Part shown: in pieces, positions 60,996 through 64,000 of the stretch
How the letters are laid out: each line of letters starts with the position of its first letter
How positions within the stretch are numbered: position 1 is the first letter of the stretch
Source: the human T2T-CHM13v2.0 reference genome, Homo sapiens
Length of the DNA: 64,000 bases
Reading direction: 5' to 3' (one strand)
NCBI RefSeq assembly: GCF_009914755.1
Contig: NC_060947.1
Notes under the pieces: model-generated
Databases searched by the model: none
What the model was told of the DNA's origin: nothing
The model's input: only the letters and a program-made list of their open reading frames with translations
Made by a program: the position numbers and the translations under genes

Positions 60996-62126
60996 TGGCT
61001 TTTGTTTCTTGATCTCTGTGCCGGCCACAGGGGCTGCTGCAGCTGCTGCAGATGCCAGCCTTCTTGCTGGCCCCAGCATTAGTGTCCTCGGGGACAGCCC
61101 ACCCAGTTCCTGTTTCATTTTCAGAATTCTCCTTTCCCTCTGCTACTGCACCTCACCTCCGAATCACACTTGAACCTGGTTGCTCCATGGAGTCCCTTCA
61201 CTTCCCGAAACCTGGACTCTAACCACAGCCCAGAGGGGTGCCAGGCCCTCTTCTTGCTCTTCAAGCTCCCAGGCCACTGGCCTTCTGGTCCCCCCAGGAA
61301 TGTGGCACCAGCCTGTAGCTCGGCCTCTCAGGGCTACTGGGTTGTCCTTTTCATTTTTAACCTTGTTCAGTTACAAAGATAAAACATGTTCAAGAGAAAA
61401 ACGAAAAGAAGGGAATCTCTGTGAACCAGTCCTCAAGTCCCCTCCTGGCCATGTTCGACAAATACACTGGCATAGACACACAAGACAGACGAGATGTCTT
61501 GCTCTAGAACTCCAGATGCCCATCATCCCTTTCTGTGGCTTCCCCTGCGTCCTTCTAGACTGTTCCCCCCACTTCCCAGTGGCCTACAATATGCGAAGCC
61601 ATGCCCTCTCTTTACTCCTGCCAGGCTCCTTATCCAGTCACCCTTTCCAGCTGTCACCCTCCTTGTCACCTCCCACCCTCTCTAGCCCCCAATGCACAGG
61701 TCTTCTCTAGGCTGGTGTTCCTCCAGGAGATGCCCTCTCCAGGAGAGACTAGGCCAGAGCTCCAGCTGTCCTCTCCCAGGGGAGTTGCGCAAACAGCGCC
61801 TGTGTCTCCCAGCAACGGTGTGGAGCGACATGCAGGGAGTATTGTCAACCAGGGCAGCTCACCCAGGCCCTGGTGTCCAGGGCTTTTCTTGCGGTGGTTC
61901 ACAGAGCCATGCTGTGGTCACGTGGCTGGCCTCCATCTCCAGCCCTCTGGAGGTCCAGCTGTTAGTGTAGCCTACGGGGCACGGTCCCCAGCCCCCTGCC
62001 CCACTGAGCCATGCTGCTCTCAAGCAGGATGTTCCAGGGGCTTAGCGATCCCTCCCAGGAGCCCTTGCTGCACCGCGTTCCACTCGGGCCACTCCCTGGG
62101 CCCTTTGGCTGAATGGAGCTCCATGG

Positions 62127-62234
62127 AGGATCCGCTTATCTCTGTCTTCATCAGCTCTGACTGCCATAGCAAAATACCATAGACTGGGAGGCTTAGACAA
62201 CAGACACTTACTTTCTCGAAGTCCCGGAGGCTGG
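62127..62234. repeat. 108-bp near-identical direct copy of 60297-60404
   Basis: 107/108 identical by hand alignment; offset 1830 bp. Confidence 0.93.
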
Positions 62235-62352
62235 CCCAGAGCTCCACGTACTCCTGAAAATGCATCTCAGCCCCCCGGGGGAACACTACGCCAGTTCTCC
62301 AAGGGCTGCCAGTTCCCGGGGGGACTGCTCTAGCTTTACTCCCTTTGCTTAG

Positions 62353-62922
<570 letters not shown>

Positions 62923-64000
62923 TGACTAATGGCTCTCTCAGAGGCACAGGCCAGCACCGTCCTCATCACTGCTGGGGCTCCCTTCACTTGGTGGGAACGG
63001 CCCCAGGTCATAGGCAAGTGACAGTATCGGGAAGAGAGGCCCATTTCAAACAGCCACCAGCGAGCTCAAGGTTCACTGGATGACACTGTAAATGCGATGG
63101 GGAGACTTCATTTGGGAAGTGGACTCTGGCCACCGAGTTGGTCCTTTCTGGTCATCCAAATCACCAAGGGTTAGGGCCGGCCAAGACCAAGGGCGTCAGC
63201 TGTGTTCCTCTCTGAAGTCAGATGGCCACCACTGCCACCAGTATCAGGCGCTTGCCAGAGCTACCATGCTCCCTTGTTCCCATCTCCTCCCGGCCAACAG
63301 TTTTGCCAGAATGCTCCAGACTCGCTGTGTCTCCACACCCCTCCCTGGAACTCTCTTGTGATCCCACTACAGCCTGGCCTCTGCCCACCACTCCCCAGAA
63401 ACGGCGCTCGCCTAGGCCTGCGAGGCTCCCTTCCGGCTCGTGGGGTCGGGCTGTCCCTGCATCGTTCCTGCCTGCTGTGGGCACTGCCTGGAGACTTGCT
63501 GTCCTCACCCGCCTGGCACCCCCACCTCCTGCTCAGCCCTCGCCCCACCCTGCTGTGGCCCTTGAGTGCTGAAAATCCTGGCCGGGGAGGAAGAAAGGGC
63601 CCATGGGGACCCCACCTGCGGCCTGGCCCCTCTCCCACCGCAGCCCCTGCAGCCTCTCCTTCATGGCCTGCCCCTCCCCCAGCAGCCTCCAGAGGGCCAC
63701 CCAGCATGCTTCACACTCCACCTCCTTCTGCAAGGCCTGGGCCACCATCTCTCAGGTCACAGCCATCACTCCCTGCCCCTCCAGGCCCTGTCCAGGATCC
63801 CCAGTTGCAATGCCCCTGACATGGAGCGACTGACCCTCCTCCCTGAGGTCCTGCCAGAGTAGGGACACCACTGCACACTTGGCTGCGGAGCCAGGGCCCG
63901 CCTGAGCCACCAGCCCCAGCTCAAGCGGGAATAGGCGGGGCCTGAGGCCACACCCCTTCCCAGGGTCAGTCACACATCACCAAGGGCCTGTCCCAAAGAA

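Overview
This is GC-rich, intron-containing primate DNA; the translated exons match human BGN and ATP2B3, which are neighbours on Xq28. Both genes lie on the + strand. BGN (biglycan) is present from intron 1 onward: coding exons 2-8 splice to an intact 1107-nt CDS (368 aa), followed by a 3'UTR with an ATTAAA signal near 7086. An ~8 kb intergenic region follows, rich in CA/TG simple repeats. ATP2B3 (PMCA3, P2B Ca2+-ATPase) then starts at a CpG-island promoter near 15.0-16.0 kb, with two inferred 5'UTR exons and 19 coding exons giving 3342 nt (codons 1-1114). The last of these ends in the first half of the calmodulin-binding domain; the rest of the gene is outside the window. Interspersed repeats recognised by eye are Alu, L1, MIR, MaLR LTR and MER elements. 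I see no new protein-coding system, and nearly all ORF-track entries are GC-rich shadow or simple-repeat ORFs. The most interesting unexplained structures are non-coding or splicing-level: (1) a 3x39-bp repeat that triplicates the BGN exon 3 acceptor in frame; (2) a ~113-bp inverted repeat pair, not recognisably a transposon, bracketing one 126-nt ATP2B3 exon just before splice site A; (3) a recent 108-bp locally templated copy near the CaM-binding exon; (4) junction-spanning uORFs in the ATP2B3 5'UTR; and (5) a stop-free, in-frame 102-nt intron. All coordinates were counted by hand.
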